Shown: piece by piece, positions 1 to 10,546 of the stretch
Layout of the letters: every line of letters begins with the position of its first letter
Numbering within the stretch: the first letter of the stretch is position 1
From: Alphaproteobacteria bacterium
GTDB taxonomy: Bacteria > Pseudomonadota > Alphaproteobacteria > UBA7985 > JAUIBT01
NCBI GenBank assembly: GCA_030428565.1
Contig: JAUIDR010000002.1
Coordinates: 72,658-136,657 of the forward strand
Direction of reading: 5' to 3'
DNA length: 64,000 bases
Notes under the pieces: generated by a model
What the model was told of the DNA's origin: nothing
What the model saw: only the letters and a program-made list of their open reading frames with translations
Database searches by the model: none
Program-made: the position numbers and the translations under genes

Positions 1-197
1 AAAAACAGGGCGATAATTTCCCGTTTTCAAAGCATTGACGAAAAGAATTTGCACAATGGCGGGCAAGCCTCACCACTTTGGACTGATAATTGAAATTTGC
101 AAAAATTTTTTCTGTGATTTTTATTTGCGCCATCCAGGCCGCTCCAAATAATTAAGCCGACGTGTCATTTTCGCCCCTAAACCGGAGCCCTCGCCAG

Positions 198-599
198 ATG
201 TACAAAGCCGATGTTTCGCCGCGCCAAGCCTTCGAGGCTATGAACAGCGACATGAACGCCGTCATGGTCGACGTACGCACGGGCCCCGAATGGATGTTCG
301 TTGGTCAGCCCAAAATCGCGCGCTTGGCCAATGTGAGCTGGCAGGTCTTCCCGGCGATGGCGGTCAATCCCGATTTTGAGGCACAGGTGCGCCGCGCCGG
401 CATCAGCGAGGAGCACGAGGTCTATTTGCTCTGCCGCTCGGGCGTGCGGTCGGCCGCAGCGGCTCGCGCGCTCACCCAGGCGGGCTTTAAGAATTGTTAC
501 AATATCGCAGGCGGCTTTGAAGGCGACTTGGACGAACAGAACCAGCGCGGCCGCAGCAATGGATGGAAAGCAGAGGGTCTCCCGTGGCAGCAAAAGTAA
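198..599 (+). CDS. Single-domain rhodanese (sulfurtransferase)
   Basis: DVRT..EW, CRSGVRS active loop, GGFEG and GW motifs; ATG at 198 follows GGAG. Confidence 0.9.
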   Translation: MYKADVSPRQAFEAMNSDMNAVMVDVRTGPEWMFVGQPKIARLANVSWQVFPAMAVNPDFEAQVRRAGISEEHEVYLLCRSGVRSAAAARALTQAGFKNCYNIAGGFEGDLDEQNQRGRSNGWKAEGLPWQQK

Positions 600-1777
600 A
601 TCAAGATTGGCACCCCGATACACTGGCGGTGCGCGCCGGGCACGAGCGCTCGCCGTGGGGTGAGACCGCCGAAGCGCTCTACCTCACCTCGGGCTTTTGC
701 TACCCCGACGCCGAGACCGCCGAAGCGCGCTTTAAGGGCGAGAACGAGGGCTTCGTCTATTCGCGCTACGGCAATCCGACCATCGAGACCTTCCACCAGC
801 GCATGATTGCGCTGGAGCCGGGCGCTGAGGCCTGCACAGCCACGGCTAGCGGTATGTCCGCGGTGTTCGGCGCTCTGGCCTCCTATTTGAACGCTGGCGA
901 TCACGTGGTAGCCAGCAAGGCGCTGTTTGGCTCCTGTTGGCAGATCCTAGCCAACATCCTGCCGCGTTGGGGCATCCATGCCACCTTGGTTGATGGCGGC
1001 GATTTGCAAGCCTGGGAAGCAGCATTCCAGCCCAACACCCGCGCCGTCTTTTTGGAAACGCCCTCAAATCCGCTGTTGACGCTAGTTGATATTGAGGCGG
1101 TCGCCAAGCTGGCGCACGACAACCGCGCCGATTGCCTGGTTGTCGTAGACAATGTTTTCGCCACCCCGCTGGCCCAGCACCCGCTGAGCCTTGGCGCGGA
1201 CGTGACCGTCTATTCGGCCACCAAACACATCGACGGCCAAGGCCGGGTCTTGGGCGGGGCGATCTTGGGCTCCGAGCAACACCGCGAGGAGGTCTTGCTG
1301 CCCTTTATGCGCCACACCGGCCCCTCGCTATCGGCCTTCAACGCTTGGCTGCTGGTCAAGGGCCTGGAGACGCTATCGCTGCGTGTCGAGCGCTCGACCG
1401 CATCGGCATTGCGCTTGGCGCAAACGTTGGAACAGCACCCCAAAGTCGCGCGCGTCGCCTATCCCTGGCTCGAGAGCCACCCCCAACACGCGCTGGCCAA
1501 GAAACAGATGAGCCACGGCAGCACGCTGATTGCCTTCGAACTTGAAGGCGGTCAAAAAGAAGCCTTCGATTTTATGCGCAATCTGTCGCTGATCGACGTG
1601 TCAAACAATCTGGGCGACTCCAAGTCACTCATCACCCACCCCGGCACCACCACCCACCGGGCCATGGATGAAGAGATGCGCAACGAGCTGGGCATCAATG
1701 AACGCCTGGTGCGCCTGTCTGTCGGCCTGGAAGATGCTCGCGACCTTGAGAGCGACCTGTTGGCTGCTCTTGGGTGA
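584..1777 (+). CDS. metZ: O-succinylhomoserine sulfhydrylase
   Basis: YSRYGNPT, SGMSA, SATKHIDGQGR (PLP lysine), SNNLGDSKS; GTG start at 584 is inferred. Confidence 0.9.
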   Translation: MAAKVNQDWHPDTLAVRAGHERSPWGETAEALYLTSGFCYPDAETAEARFKGENEGFVYSRYGNPTIETFHQRMIALEPGAEACTATASGMSAVFGALASYLNAGDHVVASKALFGSCWQILANILPRWGIHATLVDGGDLQAWEAAFQPNTRAVFLETPSNPLLTLVDIEAVAKLAHDNRADCLVVVDNVFATPLAQHPLSLGADVTVYSATKHIDGQGRVLGGAILGSEQHREEVLLPFMRHTGPSLSAFNAWLLVKGLETLSLRVERSTASALRLAQTLEQHPKVARVAYPWLESHPQHALAKKQMSHGSTLIAFELEGGQKEAFDFMRNLSLIDVSNNLGDSKSLITHPGTTTHRAMDEEMRNELGINERLVRLSVGLEDARDLESDLLAALG

Positions 1778-1838
1778 AGGCTGTTAGGTGAGCAAACTCT
1801 GGGCTAAGTCTCTAAGCAAAGTCTCTGGGTGAGCGGCC

Positions 1839-2336
1839 CTAGGCCAGCTCAGCCAACAGCGCGTCCAAACGATCCAAGGTCGAGGCAATGCCCGCCTCAA
1901 CGCCCATGTCGATCACCTGTTGCAGCGCCTCGCGTGAGCCGTATTGCACCTGGCTAACGACGCGGGTGTGTTGCCCCTCGTCCAAGAAGCTCACTTCCTG
2001 CTGTGACTGGGGCATACCTTCGACAAGACCGCCGTCGGCGTCGGAGAAACCATCCAGCCCGGTATAGCCGTCGATAGGCGAAATGGTCTGATAATCCAGA
2101 CGCGACCAATACTCCTGCCCATCGGGAGTAATCATGGCAAAGTGCCAATGACCGCCGGGGCGAAAGTCCATGGTTTTCGTCTTGGCTGTCAATGGCTTGG
2201 GCGCATACCAGCGATCCAACAGTTCCGGTTTTGTATAGCAATCCCAGACCAACTGGCGGGGCGCGGCAAACAAACGCCGGACGGTCATGCTGTTGTTTTC
2301 CGTGTCAGCGACAAACTCAAAATGGGCGTTAGTCAT
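1839..2336 (-). CDS. SRPBCC/AHSA1-domain protein
   Basis: RLFAAPRQLVWDCYT, DFRPGG.W; coupled to the upstream ArsR gene. Confidence 0.85.
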   Translation of the reverse strand: MTNAHFEFVADTENNSMTVRRLFAAPRQLVWDCYTKPELLDRWYAPKPLTAKTKTMDFRPGGHWHFAMITPDGQEYWSRLDYQTISPIDGYTGLDGFSDADGGLVEGMPQSQQEVSFLDEGQHTRVVSQVQYGSREALQQVIDMGVEAGIASTLDRLDALLAELA

Positions 2337-2673
2337 CGCGATCTCCTGATTGCAATTGGGTGAGAAGGGAGTCGAGTTGCTCAAAACGGGACTGCCAAGT
2401 CCGGCGCTGCTCCGAGAACCAGGCCTCAACCGCGGCCAGGCGCTCAGCTTCTAGGCGACACTGGCGCACCCGACCCTGTTTTTGAGTCGTCACTAAGCCA
2501 GCGCCTTCCAGCACCTGGATGTGCTTCATGAACGAGGGCAGCGCCATATCGAAGGGTTCAGCCAGCTGGCTGACCGAGGCCTCGCCCTGCGTCAACCGCT
2601 GAACCACCGCGCGGCGCGTGGCATCTGACAGCGCATGAAAGACAGGATCGAGCGAAGTTTGATAGTTATCCAT
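2329..2673 (-). CDS. ArsR/SmtB-family transcriptional regulator
   Basis: FHALSDATRR, KHIQVLEGAGLV, GRVR winged-helix pattern. Confidence 0.9.
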   Translation of the reverse strand: MDNYQTSLDPVFHALSDATRRAVVQRLTQGEASVSQLAEPFDMALPSFMKHIQVLEGAGLVTTQKQGRVRQCRLEAERLAAVEAWFSEQRRTWQSRFEQLDSLLTQLQSGDRDD

Positions 2674-2830
2674 GCGGCTAACTATATGTGCAACCAACAC
2701 TTAGTTCAACAGCTAAGTATTGGAGCGATTTCCGCGGTCGAACAGCGGAAAGCAGCCAATCGCCGGCGACAGACTTTTTGCGCGATTGAGAGGCTTGCAC
2801 CCGCGCGCAGCTCATGCCAGCTTGGCCGTC

Positions 2831-3406
2831 ATGACCAAGCCTCGCCCCTCCCATTTTGACCCCGCCTCTGCGCGCCCCAACGGGCCCGCGGTGTTGGGCA
2901 TTTCTGGTTACAGCGGCTCGGGCAAGACCCAACTGGTAACGCAGCTCATCCCGGTGCTAACCAACTGCGGCTTGCGGGTCTCGACCCTCAAACACGCCCA
3001 CCATCGTTTCGATGTGGATCAGCCCGGCAAAGACTCGCATCGCCACCGCCAAGCCGGCGCTCAGCAGGTCTTGATCGCCTCCTCCCAGCGTTGGGTTTTG
3101 ATGAGCGAACTGGCAGGCGCGCCCGAACCGGGTTTGGGCGACTTGCTAAAACGCCTCGATCCTGTGGATCTGGTGCTAATCGAAGGCTTCAAGCGCGAGA
3201 CCTTCCCCAAGATTGAGGTTTTTCGCTCTGAAGCGGGCAATCCTAGCCTTTGGCAAGACCCGGAATTTGCGGACGATATTATCGCCGTAGCATCAAGCGA
3301 CGCTAAGCCGCCGGCTTGCGCCTTGCCCTGGCTCGACCTAGACAAACCTGCAACTATCGCAGACTTTATCTTTCAAGCATTGGACCTCTGCCATGGTCCA
3401 GCTTAG
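2831..3406 (+). CDS. mobB: Molybdopterin-guanine dinucleotide biosynthesis protein B
   Basis: GYSGSGKT, KHAHH.FD.D.PGKDS, VLIEGFK. Confidence 0.92.
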   Translation: MTKPRPSHFDPASARPNGPAVLGISGYSGSGKTQLVTQLIPVLTNCGLRVSTLKHAHHRFDVDQPGKDSHRHRQAGAQQVLIASSQRWVLMSELAGAPEPGLGDLLKRLDPVDLVLIEGFKRETFPKIEVFRSEAGNPSLWQDPEFADDIIAVASSDAKPPACALPWLDLDKPATIADFIFQALDLCHGPA

Positions 3407-4658
3407 CGATGATTGCTTTGCCTTTGGCGGGCGCCTCCTGCCATTGGACGAAGCCCAGCAGCAGCTCGCAGAGTTGGTAAAAGATATGGGGCTAACTTGC
3501 GGTCAGGAGCCCCGGCCCTTACGGCTTGCCGACTGCCTGGACCGCAGCTTGGCCGCGCCCTTGATCGCGGGCATGCCTGTGCCTCCCTTTCAAAACTCGG
3601 CGGTAGACGGCTACGCGGTGCGCCTTGCAGGCCAAGCGCAAACGTCCGGCCTGTTTCAAGTCATCGGGCGCGCGGCTGCGGGCCATCCTTTTACCGGCAC
3701 AGCTGGCCCCGGCCAGGCGGTGCAGGTCTTCACCGGAGCGCCACTGCCCCAGGGCTGCGATACGGTCTTCATGCAAGAGGACGTAGAGCGCCAGGGCGAT
3801 CAGGTCATACTGCCAGAAGGTCTGAAGCCGGGTGCCAACACCCGCAACGCGGGCGAGGATTTGGCGCTGGGCGAGAGCGTGCTAACTGCTGGACAACCGC
3901 TCAGCCCCGCCGATTTGGGGCTGGCGGCCAGTCTGGGGCTGCAAAGCCTTGCGGTCCTAGCACGCCCAAGCCTCGTGCTGTTCTCCTCAGGCGATGAGGT
4001 CGCCGCGCCCGGCTCCCTTTTGGCTCCCGGCCAACTCTACGATGCCAATAGCGACCTGCTCGCCGCGACCCTAGACAAGCAGGGATGGCAAGTGACCCAG
4101 GCGGGCATTTTGCCCGACGACCGCGCCGCTCTCAGCCGAGCTCTGGCCAAGGCCGCTCAGCAGCACCAAGTCATCATCACCAGTGGCGGCGTTTCGACCG
4201 GCGAAGAAGACCACATCCGCGCCGCCATCGCCGAGCAAGGCGACATCGCGCTGTGGCGCATCGGCATTAAGCCCGGCCGCCCCGTGGCGCTGGGGCGCAT
4301 CGCTGACAGCCTGGTCATTGGACTACCGGGCAATCCCGTCGCCGCCTACGTTGGCTTTCTGGCCCTGATACGCCCGCTCTATCACTTGCTGCATGGACGC
4401 CCGCTGCCGAACCTGCCCGCTATCGCCGCGCGCGCCAACTTCAGCTATAAGAAGAAGACCGGTCGGCGCGAGTTCGTGCGCGCACGTTGCCAAATGGACG
4501 GCAGTCCCTTTCCGCTGGTAGACAAATTCCACAAAGAGGGTGCGGGCATGTTATCCGGGCTGTCGTGGGCCAATGGCCTGGTTGTCTTGGACGAAGACTC
4601 CACCCAAATAACACCAGGTGATACACTCGCCTTTACCCCCTTCGAACTTATCCGCTAG
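3393..4658 (+). CDS. moeA: Molybdopterin molybdotransferase
   Basis: SAVDGYA, TGAPLP, SSGDE, SGGVSTG, KPGRP, GLPGNP. Confidence 0.95.
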   Translation: MVQLSDDCFAFGGRLLPLDEAQQQLAELVKDMGLTCGQEPRPLRLADCLDRSLAAPLIAGMPVPPFQNSAVDGYAVRLAGQAQTSGLFQVIGRAAAGHPFTGTAGPGQAVQVFTGAPLPQGCDTVFMQEDVERQGDQVILPEGLKPGANTRNAGEDLALGESVLTAGQPLSPADLGLAASLGLQSLAVLARPSLVLFSSGDEVAAPGSLLAPGQLYDANSDLLAATLDKQGWQVTQAGILPDDRAALSRALAKAAQQHQVIITSGGVSTGEEDHIRAAIAEQGDIALWRIGIKPGRPVALGRIADSLVIGLPGNPVAAYVGFLALIRPLYHLLHGRPLPNLPAIAARANFSYKKKTGRREFVRARCQMDGSPFPLVDKFHKEGAGMLSGLSWANGLVVLDEDSTQITPGDTLAFTPFELIR

Positions 4659-4670
4659 GCTGTGAGCGCC

Positions 4671-4919
4671 ATGATTAACGTTCTGTATTTTGCTTGGGTG
4701 CGCAGCGGCATCGGGCTTGACCAAGAGACCATCGAGACCCAAGCGACCACGGTCGGCGCGCTGCTGGATGAGCTAAGAGCGCGCTCGCCCCGCCACGGCG
4801 AGACCCTGGCCGACATCGCCAAGCTGCGGCTAGCGGTCAATCAGAGCTTTGTCGATCTGGACGCGAAGATCGCGGCGGGTGACGAAGTGGCGGTCTTTCC
4901 GCCCATGACCGGCGGCTGA
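4671..4919 (+). CDS. moaD: Molybdopterin synthase sulfur carrier subunit
   Basis: VLYFAW, AVNQ, C-terminal FPPMTGG. Confidence 0.95.
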   Translation: MINVLYFAWVRSGIGLDQETIETQATTVGALLDELRARSPRHGETLADIAKLRLAVNQSFVDLDAKIAAGDEVAVFPPMTGG

Positions 4920-4928
4920 GGGCTGGTC

Positions 4929-5396
4929 ATGATCCGGGTACAAGCCGACGATTTTGATTTGGGCCAAGAGGTCGCCGCCCTGCGTCGCGGCCGCAGCGAC
5001 ATTGGCGCCGTTGCGAGTTTTTTGGGCCTGGTGCGCGATATGGCGCCCGAGGGCTCAAAGACTGCCGCTTGCGATCAGGCTATGACCCTGGAGCACTACC
5101 CCGGCATGACCGAAAAAATGCTGGCAGATATCGAGGCGAAGGCGCATGAGCGCTGGCCGCTGCAAGCCAGCCTCATCATCCACCGCTACGGACGGCTGCT
5201 GCCCGGCGATCAAATCGTGCTGGTAGCCTGTGCTTCGCCCCACCGTCAGGCGGCGTTTGAAGCCTGCGAATTCTTGATGGACTGGCTCAAGACCAAAGCG
5301 CCCTTCTGGAAGCTGGAAGAGGTGGGCGGTCAGGGCCAATGGGTCGATGCGCGCGAGAGCGACGAGGCCGCCGCAGCGCGCTGGACGCACGATTGA
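4929..5396 (+). CDS. moaE: Molybdopterin synthase catalytic subunit
   Basis: LEHYPGM, IHRYG, HRQAAF, KTKAPFWK. Confidence 0.95.
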   Translation: MIRVQADDFDLGQEVAALRRGRSDIGAVASFLGLVRDMAPEGSKTAACDQAMTLEHYPGMTEKMLADIEAKAHERWPLQASLIIHRYGRLLPGDQIVLVACASPHRQAAFEACEFLMDWLKTKAPFWKLEEVGGQGQWVDARESDEAAAARWTHD

Positions 5397-5580
5397 CACC
5401 GGCATTGAGCCCGAAAGGAAGCGTAAGCCAGCCACCGGGCTTGTTTCGTGTCCCCGTCCAAAGGGCCCGTCCAAAACTCCCCCAACGCTCCCGCCTCGCG
5501 CGCCGAACGCACAGAGCCAGCTCTGTTAGCGGGCAGCCTTACGAAGCCGTGACGAGCAAAAGCGGCCCCGAAGAAACCCA

Positions 5581-5613
5581 AAAAACAAAAACCCTGGCCG
5601 AAAACGACCAGGG
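5581..5613 (-). terminator. Intrinsic terminator of the ABC transporter operon
   Basis: Minus strand CCCTGGTCG-TTTT-CGGCCAGGG followed by a T-rich tract. Confidence 0.7.
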
Positions 5614-5696
5614 GCTTGCTGATTATCCTACCGAGGCGACCAGGTATTACGCAGGTATTATAGGTCGCCTCGACGCAGATTTCTGATTAGAGCAGG

Positions 5697-6803
5697 TTAC
5701 TGCGGAATGTTGCCGGTCACGCCTTCAACATAAAAATCCATGGTCACTAGGGTCAGGTCGCTCAGATGCTCGGCACCTTCAGCGCAATCCTTGACCAGGT
5801 TGCCAGCTTGGTCGTTGATCGGGCAGGGCATAGCATGGCGTGCGCCGCTAGCCAAAGAGGCTTCCAGCGCCTTAGCTTCGGCCATCAAAGCGTCGGGCAT
5901 GTTGCCATAGGAGGCCAGCTTGACCATTCCTTGGCCGCCGCCCATGCCGTCTTTGGTCAGGCCCCACCAAGTGTCGCTAGAGCTCCAGCTACCGTCCATG
6001 ACCGCTTGCACGCGATCCACGTAATAGCTGTCCCAGCTGTCCACAATCGAGACCAGGTGCGCATTGGGACCAAAGCGCGACATGTCAGAGGCTTGACCAA
6101 AAGCCTTAACGCCGCGCGCTTCAGCAACCTGCATGGCTGCCGGTGAGTCGGTATGCTGCACGATAATATCAGCACCGTTGTCGATCAGAGTCTGAGCGGC
6201 TGCGGCTTCCTTGGCTGGGTCGAACCAGCTAAAGGCCCAGATAATCTCAACTTCCGCCGCAGGATTGTGCTTCTTGAGCTCTGTGGTGAAGGCGTTGATG
6301 CCACGAATGACCTCGGGAATCGGGAACGAGGCAATGTAGCCGATCTTGTTCGACTTGGTGGTCTTGGCTGCAATCAAGCCCTGAATAACACGGCCTTCAT
6401 AAAAGCGCGCCGAGAAGGTCGATACGTTGTCGTGTTCCCGCTTAAAGCCAGTGGCGTGCTCAAACTTAACGTTCGGGTAGTTGCCCGCGACTTGGTTGGT
6501 CGGGTCCATATAGCCAAACGAAGTGGTGAAGATGATATCCTGGCCCGCTTCTGCCATGTCCGTAATCGCATCGACGGCTGTTGCGCCCTCTTCCACGTTC
6601 TCTTTGTAGGTCGTAACAACGTCGTCGCCAAAGGCTTCTTCGATGGCCAAACGCGCCTGGTCGTGACGGTAGGTCCAGCCCAAGTCACCAACCGGTCCAA
6701 CGTAGATGAAGCCGACCTTGGTGGGCTCCGCTTGAGCGGCCAGCGTTACCGCGGCCATGGCGGTACCCAGCAGGCCCGCCGTCAGTGTTTTCATGAGTTT
6801 CAT
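5697..6803 (-). CDS. BMP-family ABC transporter substrate-binding protein (purine/nucleoside-like)
   Basis: Signal peptide, GFIYVGP..D.GW, TSFGY, EHATG, QHTDS. Confidence 0.9.
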   Translation of the reverse strand: MKLMKTLTAGLLGTAMAAVTLAAQAEPTKVGFIYVGPVGDLGWTYRHDQARLAIEEAFGDDVVTTYKENVEEGATAVDAITDMAEAGQDIIFTTSFGYMDPTNQVAGNYPNVKFEHATGFKREHDNVSTFSARFYEGRVIQGLIAAKTTKSNKIGYIASFPIPEVIRGINAFTTELKKHNPAAEVEIIWAFSWFDPAKEAAAAQTLIDNGADIIVQHTDSPAAMQVAEARGVKAFGQASDMSRFGPNAHLVSIVDSWDSYYVDRVQAVMDGSWSSSDTWWGLTKDGMGGGQGMVKLASYGNMPDALMAEAKALEASLASGARHAMPCPINDQAGNLVKDCAEGAEHLSDLTLVTMDFYVEGVTGNIPQ

Positions 6804-6850
6804 ATGTTATGCCTCGTTAGTTTTGCTTGGTTATCCTTCCCAAGTCAGGC

Positions 6851-7864
6851 TCAGGAAGATGGGTTGAAAGGCTGTGCCAGGCTGCCCGGCTGATTGGCCC
6901 GGATCATTGCCGCATTGCGCGAAATGATGACCAGTACCAGCACTGGCACCAAATAGGGCAAGCTCGGCAGGACGAACTGCACGCCCCATGATGGCATCCA
7001 TTCCAAGGACTGCAATCGCAGCTCCAAAGAAAATGCAAGCCCGAACAACAGGGCTCCCAATACCACACGCAGCGGTCGCCAGGTAGAGAAAAGGATCAGC
7101 GCCAGCGCCAGCCAGCCCGCGCCCGCGGTCATACCTTCGCGCCAAGTCGGCGCTTCCAATTGCACCAGCGAAATATAAGCGCCCGCAACCCCAGCCATGA
7201 AACCACCGAACAAAATTGTTCCGACACGGATCAGGCGTACATGATAGCCCAAGGCGTGAGCCGCGTAGTGGTTCTCACCGGCGGCACGCACCAGCATGCC
7301 AACCCGCGTCCGGTTTAGGAAATAGAGCGCGGCAACGGCGGATAGGAAAGCCAGAACCGTCAAAAGATCGGTGCCCAGCAAGCGGCCAACGGTCGGCAGA
7401 GCCACCCATGAATCGGGCAAGAGGTTCGCCACCGATTCAACGCGCATGTCCTTGGCATCGGGGCCGAAGCCATTGGTCACGGTCAGCCCCAAAATGGTCA
7501 GCCCAAGGCCCGTTGCAACGTGGTTGGCGCCGAACATTTGCGTCATGACAGCAAACAGCGATGCCAAAGCCGCACCCGCCAGACCGGCCAGCAGGAAGGA
7601 TGCGATGTAGCCCGGGATGGTCAGTGTGCCTTCCCATTGCAGACAGGTGACGCCGTCAAAGCCCATCAGCGCACAGCTAGAGGTATCCAGGTAAGAGCCC
7701 GCGATGTAGCCCACCATGGCGCCGACGATCATCATGCCCTCAACGCCCAAGTTCAAAACGCCTGATTTTTCAACGATCAAGACACCAATCGCCGCGATTA
7801 GCAAAGGCGTGGCGTAGTTCAAAATCGTGACCACCAGGGCCAGCCAATAGGTCAAATCAGCCAT
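6851..7864 (-). CDS. ABC transporter permease (nucleoside/CUT2 type)
   Basis: EKSGVLNLGVEGMM, GEN..AA..LG, LPYL. Confidence 0.9.
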   Translation of the reverse strand: MADLTYWLALVVTILNYATPLLIAAIGVLIVEKSGVLNLGVEGMMIVGAMVGYIAGSYLDTSSCALMGFDGVTCLQWEGTLTIPGYIASFLLAGLAGAALASLFAVMTQMFGANHVATGLGLTILGLTVTNGFGPDAKDMRVESVANLLPDSWVALPTVGRLLGTDLLTVLAFLSAVAALYFLNRTRVGMLVRAAGENHYAAHALGYHVRLIRVGTILFGGFMAGVAGAYISLVQLEAPTWREGMTAGAGWLALALILFSTWRPLRVVLGALLFGLAFSLELRLQSLEWMPSWGVQFVLPSLPYLVPVLVLVIISRNAAMIRANQPGSLAQPFNPSS

Positions 7865-9020
7865 GGGCGGGGCCCTCCTTTTTCCAGACCAACCGTCGCT
7901 GAGATAGGGCCGCTGTCGCCAGAGCGCAGAACAGGGCTATGGCTTCGATGAAGCCCGCCACACTGTCGTCAGCGCGCAGCTCGGGCTGTGAGGCGACCCA
8001 GGATGCGCCCGCATTGATATAGGCAATGGCAAAAGCGGCGAACAAAATACCGACAGGATGAAGTCGACCCAGGAAAGCGATTACGATGGCGGCAAAGCCC
8101 AAGTTGGACAAGAACGCGCCCCCGACCGTCAGGCTAAAGCTTTCGGACATCAAAAAGACCGCCCCGGTCAGCCCTGCGAGCCCCCCTGAGATCAAGAAGG
8201 ATAGCCAGATCGTGGCGGCGGTCGAAAAGCCTGCAAAGCGCTCGGCTTTGGCCGAAGATTGGGCCACCCGCAAACGAAAGCCGATCAAGGTGAACAGCAG
8301 CACCGCCGCCAAGGCCAGGTAGGCCCCACCCAAGACCAACAAGCCCGAATGGATCTTGGTTCCGATCAGCGCGCCCGAACGGGGCGAGACGCCATAAATC
8401 AGCGGTCCAAACCGCAAGGATTCGGGCAGCTTGTCCGATTGTGCAGGCGAATAAGGAATACAACCAACCTGATTGCCCGCCGCATCCAACGCGGGCGCAC
8501 ATCCTTGCACCGGGCCCTGTACCAAATAGGTCAGAAGATTGGTCGCGACATAGACCAACATGAGGCTGACGAGCAGCTCGTTGGTGTGGAGGTGAGCGCG
8601 CAACCCGGCTGGGATAGCCGCCCAGACCATGCCACCGATAACACCGCCGATAAGCAGCAACGGCAACACCGCCACCGTTGTCGGTGTACCCAAGGCCAGC
8701 CAGAACAAATAGGCCCCGATGGCCCCTGCCGCGAATTGCCCCTCCGCACCGATGTTCCAAACGCCCGCCTTATAGCCGACCGACAGGCCCAGCGCGATGA
8801 CGGCCAGATACATGCCCTCTGCGGCGGCCTTGCCCCATTGTACGGCAGGAGTGCCGCCTTGGCTGGTATAGGTTAGCAGCTCCCAAAGCGTGCGCATGGG
8901 CTTATCGGTCAACAAGGCCAACAGCCCTGCAGAAATGATTACGGTCGCCAGAGTCGCGATCAGAATCGAGACCAGCGCCCCGCTCCAGTGACCGCCTTTG
9001 GCTGGTAGTAAACGGATCAT
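7857..9020 (-). CDS. ABC transporter permease (nucleoside/CUT2 type)
   Basis: WNIGAEGQ, NELLVSLML, GRLHP. Confidence 0.9.
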   Translation of the reverse strand: MIRLLPAKGGHWSGALVSILIATLATVIISAGLLALLTDKPMRTLWELLTYTSQGGTPAVQWGKAAAEGMYLAVIALGLSVGYKAGVWNIGAEGQFAAGAIGAYLFWLALGTPTTVAVLPLLLIGGVIGGMVWAAIPAGLRAHLHTNELLVSLMLVYVATNLLTYLVQGPVQGCAPALDAAGNQVGCIPYSPAQSDKLPESLRFGPLIYGVSPRSGALIGTKIHSGLLVLGGAYLALAAVLLFTLIGFRLRVAQSSAKAERFAGFSTAATIWLSFLISGGLAGLTGAVFLMSESFSLTVGGAFLSNLGFAAIVIAFLGRLHPVGILFAAFAIAYINAGASWVASQPELRADDSVAGFIEAIALFCALATAALSQRRLVWKKEGPAHG

Positions 9021-10546
9021 GCTTGCCCCCCTTGGCTCGCGGGCACGGCGTCTTGATGACTGCCCGTCATGACCAAACCAATACTCTCAGGCGTCCAGTC
9101 GTCGCGCGCTCGCGCCTCGGATAGCTCGCCCTCGTGCAACACAGCGATCGAATCGCAGATGTCGAACAATTCGTCCAGATCCTGGCTGATGACCAATAGT
9201 CCCGCGCCGGTTGCTGCCAGTTCAAGCATCGCTTGACGGATACGCTCGGCCGCCGCTATGTCCACGCCCCAAGTCGGCTGATTGACCACCAACAAACGCG
9301 GTGATTTCAACAGCTCGCGCCCCATGACAAACTTTTGCAGATTGCCGCCGGAAAGCGAGCCCGCCACGGCGCCAAGGCCCGGATGGCGCACATCGAATTC
9401 GTCGCTAATTTTTTGCGCCTCGTTGCGCAAATTGCCCCAAGAAATCAGGCCACGGCGCTGCATGTCGGGATCATGCAAGCTGGTCAGCAAGACGTTTTCG
9501 ACCAAACTCATTGAGACAACCGCCGCGTGGCCCAGGCGCTCTTCGGGCACAAAGGCGGCACTTTGCAGGCGGCGATCATTGGGACCAAGCGGGCCCAAAT
9601 CCTGGCCCTTGCCATGTTCATCGTACAGGGTAATGCCCGTTGAAAGGGCCTCTCCCGATAGCACGGCGAACAGATCGTCTTGGCCATTGCCAGCGACGCC
9701 CGCAACGCCCACCACTTCGCCCGCGCGAATGGTCAGGTCGTCAATCGTTACCCCGTCAGCGGAAAAGCCTTGAATTGACAGAACCGGCGCCGCTGCGCTC
9801 GCGCCTGCGTTCGCCTCTTTGCGGGTGACGCCTTGGACCCGGTGCCCGATCATCAGTTCGGCCAAGCTCTTGGGCGTCTCTTCGCGGGGATCGCAGTGCC
9901 CCACCATCTTGCCGCCCCGCAAAATCGTTGCGTTCGAGCAGAGATCGCGCACTTCGTTCAGCTTGTGTGAGATAAAGATGATGCCACGGCCCTCTTCGCT
10001 CATCGCGCGCAATGAGTGGAACAGATCGTTGGCCTCTTGCGGCGTTAGAACCGATGTCGGTTCGTCCAAGACCAACAAAGCGGGATCGGCCATCATAGCG
10101 CGCACAATCTCGATGCGCTGCTTTTCACCCGCCGACAACGTAAAGACGCGTGCGCGCGGATGGATGGACAGCTTATAGGCCGCTGCCGTCTCCATGACCT
10201 GGCGCTCAAAGGCCGGCGAAGCTGTCTGGCCGGGCAGGCCCAGAGCGATGTTTTCCAGCACGCTCATGCCCTCGAACAGGGCGAAGTGCTGGTGCACCAT
10301 GGCGATGCCTAAGGCTTTGGCGGCTTGCGGATTATGGATGTGTTGTTCTTGGCCTTGCCAGAAAACTTGGCCTTCATCGGGTTTCACGAGACCGGTTAGC
10401 ACCTTCATCAAGGTGGATTTTCCCGCCCCATTTTCACCCAATAGCGCGTGGATCTCGCCCGGCATAACCTTAAGGCTCACATCGTCATTCGCCAGCAAAC
10501 TGCCATAGCGTTTGGTGATGTGAGCGAGTTCCAGCAATGCTGTCAT
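9017..10546 (-). CDS. ABC transporter ATP-binding protein with duplicated ATPase domain
   Basis: GENGAGKST, LDEPT, LSGGNLQK. Confidence 0.95.
   Translation of the reverse strand: MTALLELAHITKRYGSLLANDDVSLKVMPGEIHALLGENGAGKSTLMKVLTGLVKPDEGQVFWQGQEQHIHNPQAAKALGIAMVHQHFALFEGMSVLENIALGLPGQTASPAFERQVMETAAAYKLSIHPRARVFTLSAGEKQRIEIVRAMMADPALLVLDEPTSVLTPQEANDLFHSLRAMSEEGRGIIFISHKLNEVRDLCSNATILRGGKMVGHCDPREETPKSLAELMIGHRVQGVTRKEANAGASAAAPVLSIQGFSADGVTIDDLTIRAGEVVGVAGVAGNGQDDLFAVLSGEALSTGITLYDEHGKGQDLGPLGPNDRRLQSAAFVPEERLGHAAVVSMSLVENVLLTSLHDPDMQRRGLISWGNLRNEAQKISDEFDVRHPGLGAVAGSLSGGNLQKFVMGRELLKSPRLLVVNQPTWGVDIAAAERIRQAMLELAATGAGLLVISQDLDELFDICDSIAVLHEGELSEARARDDWTPESIGLVMTGSHQDAVPASQGGQA

Noticed and set aside
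1..197. SAM-II or SAM/SAH riboswitch ahead of rhodanese-metZ
   Set aside because: I could not find the conserved cores; the region looks like an AT-rich promoter.
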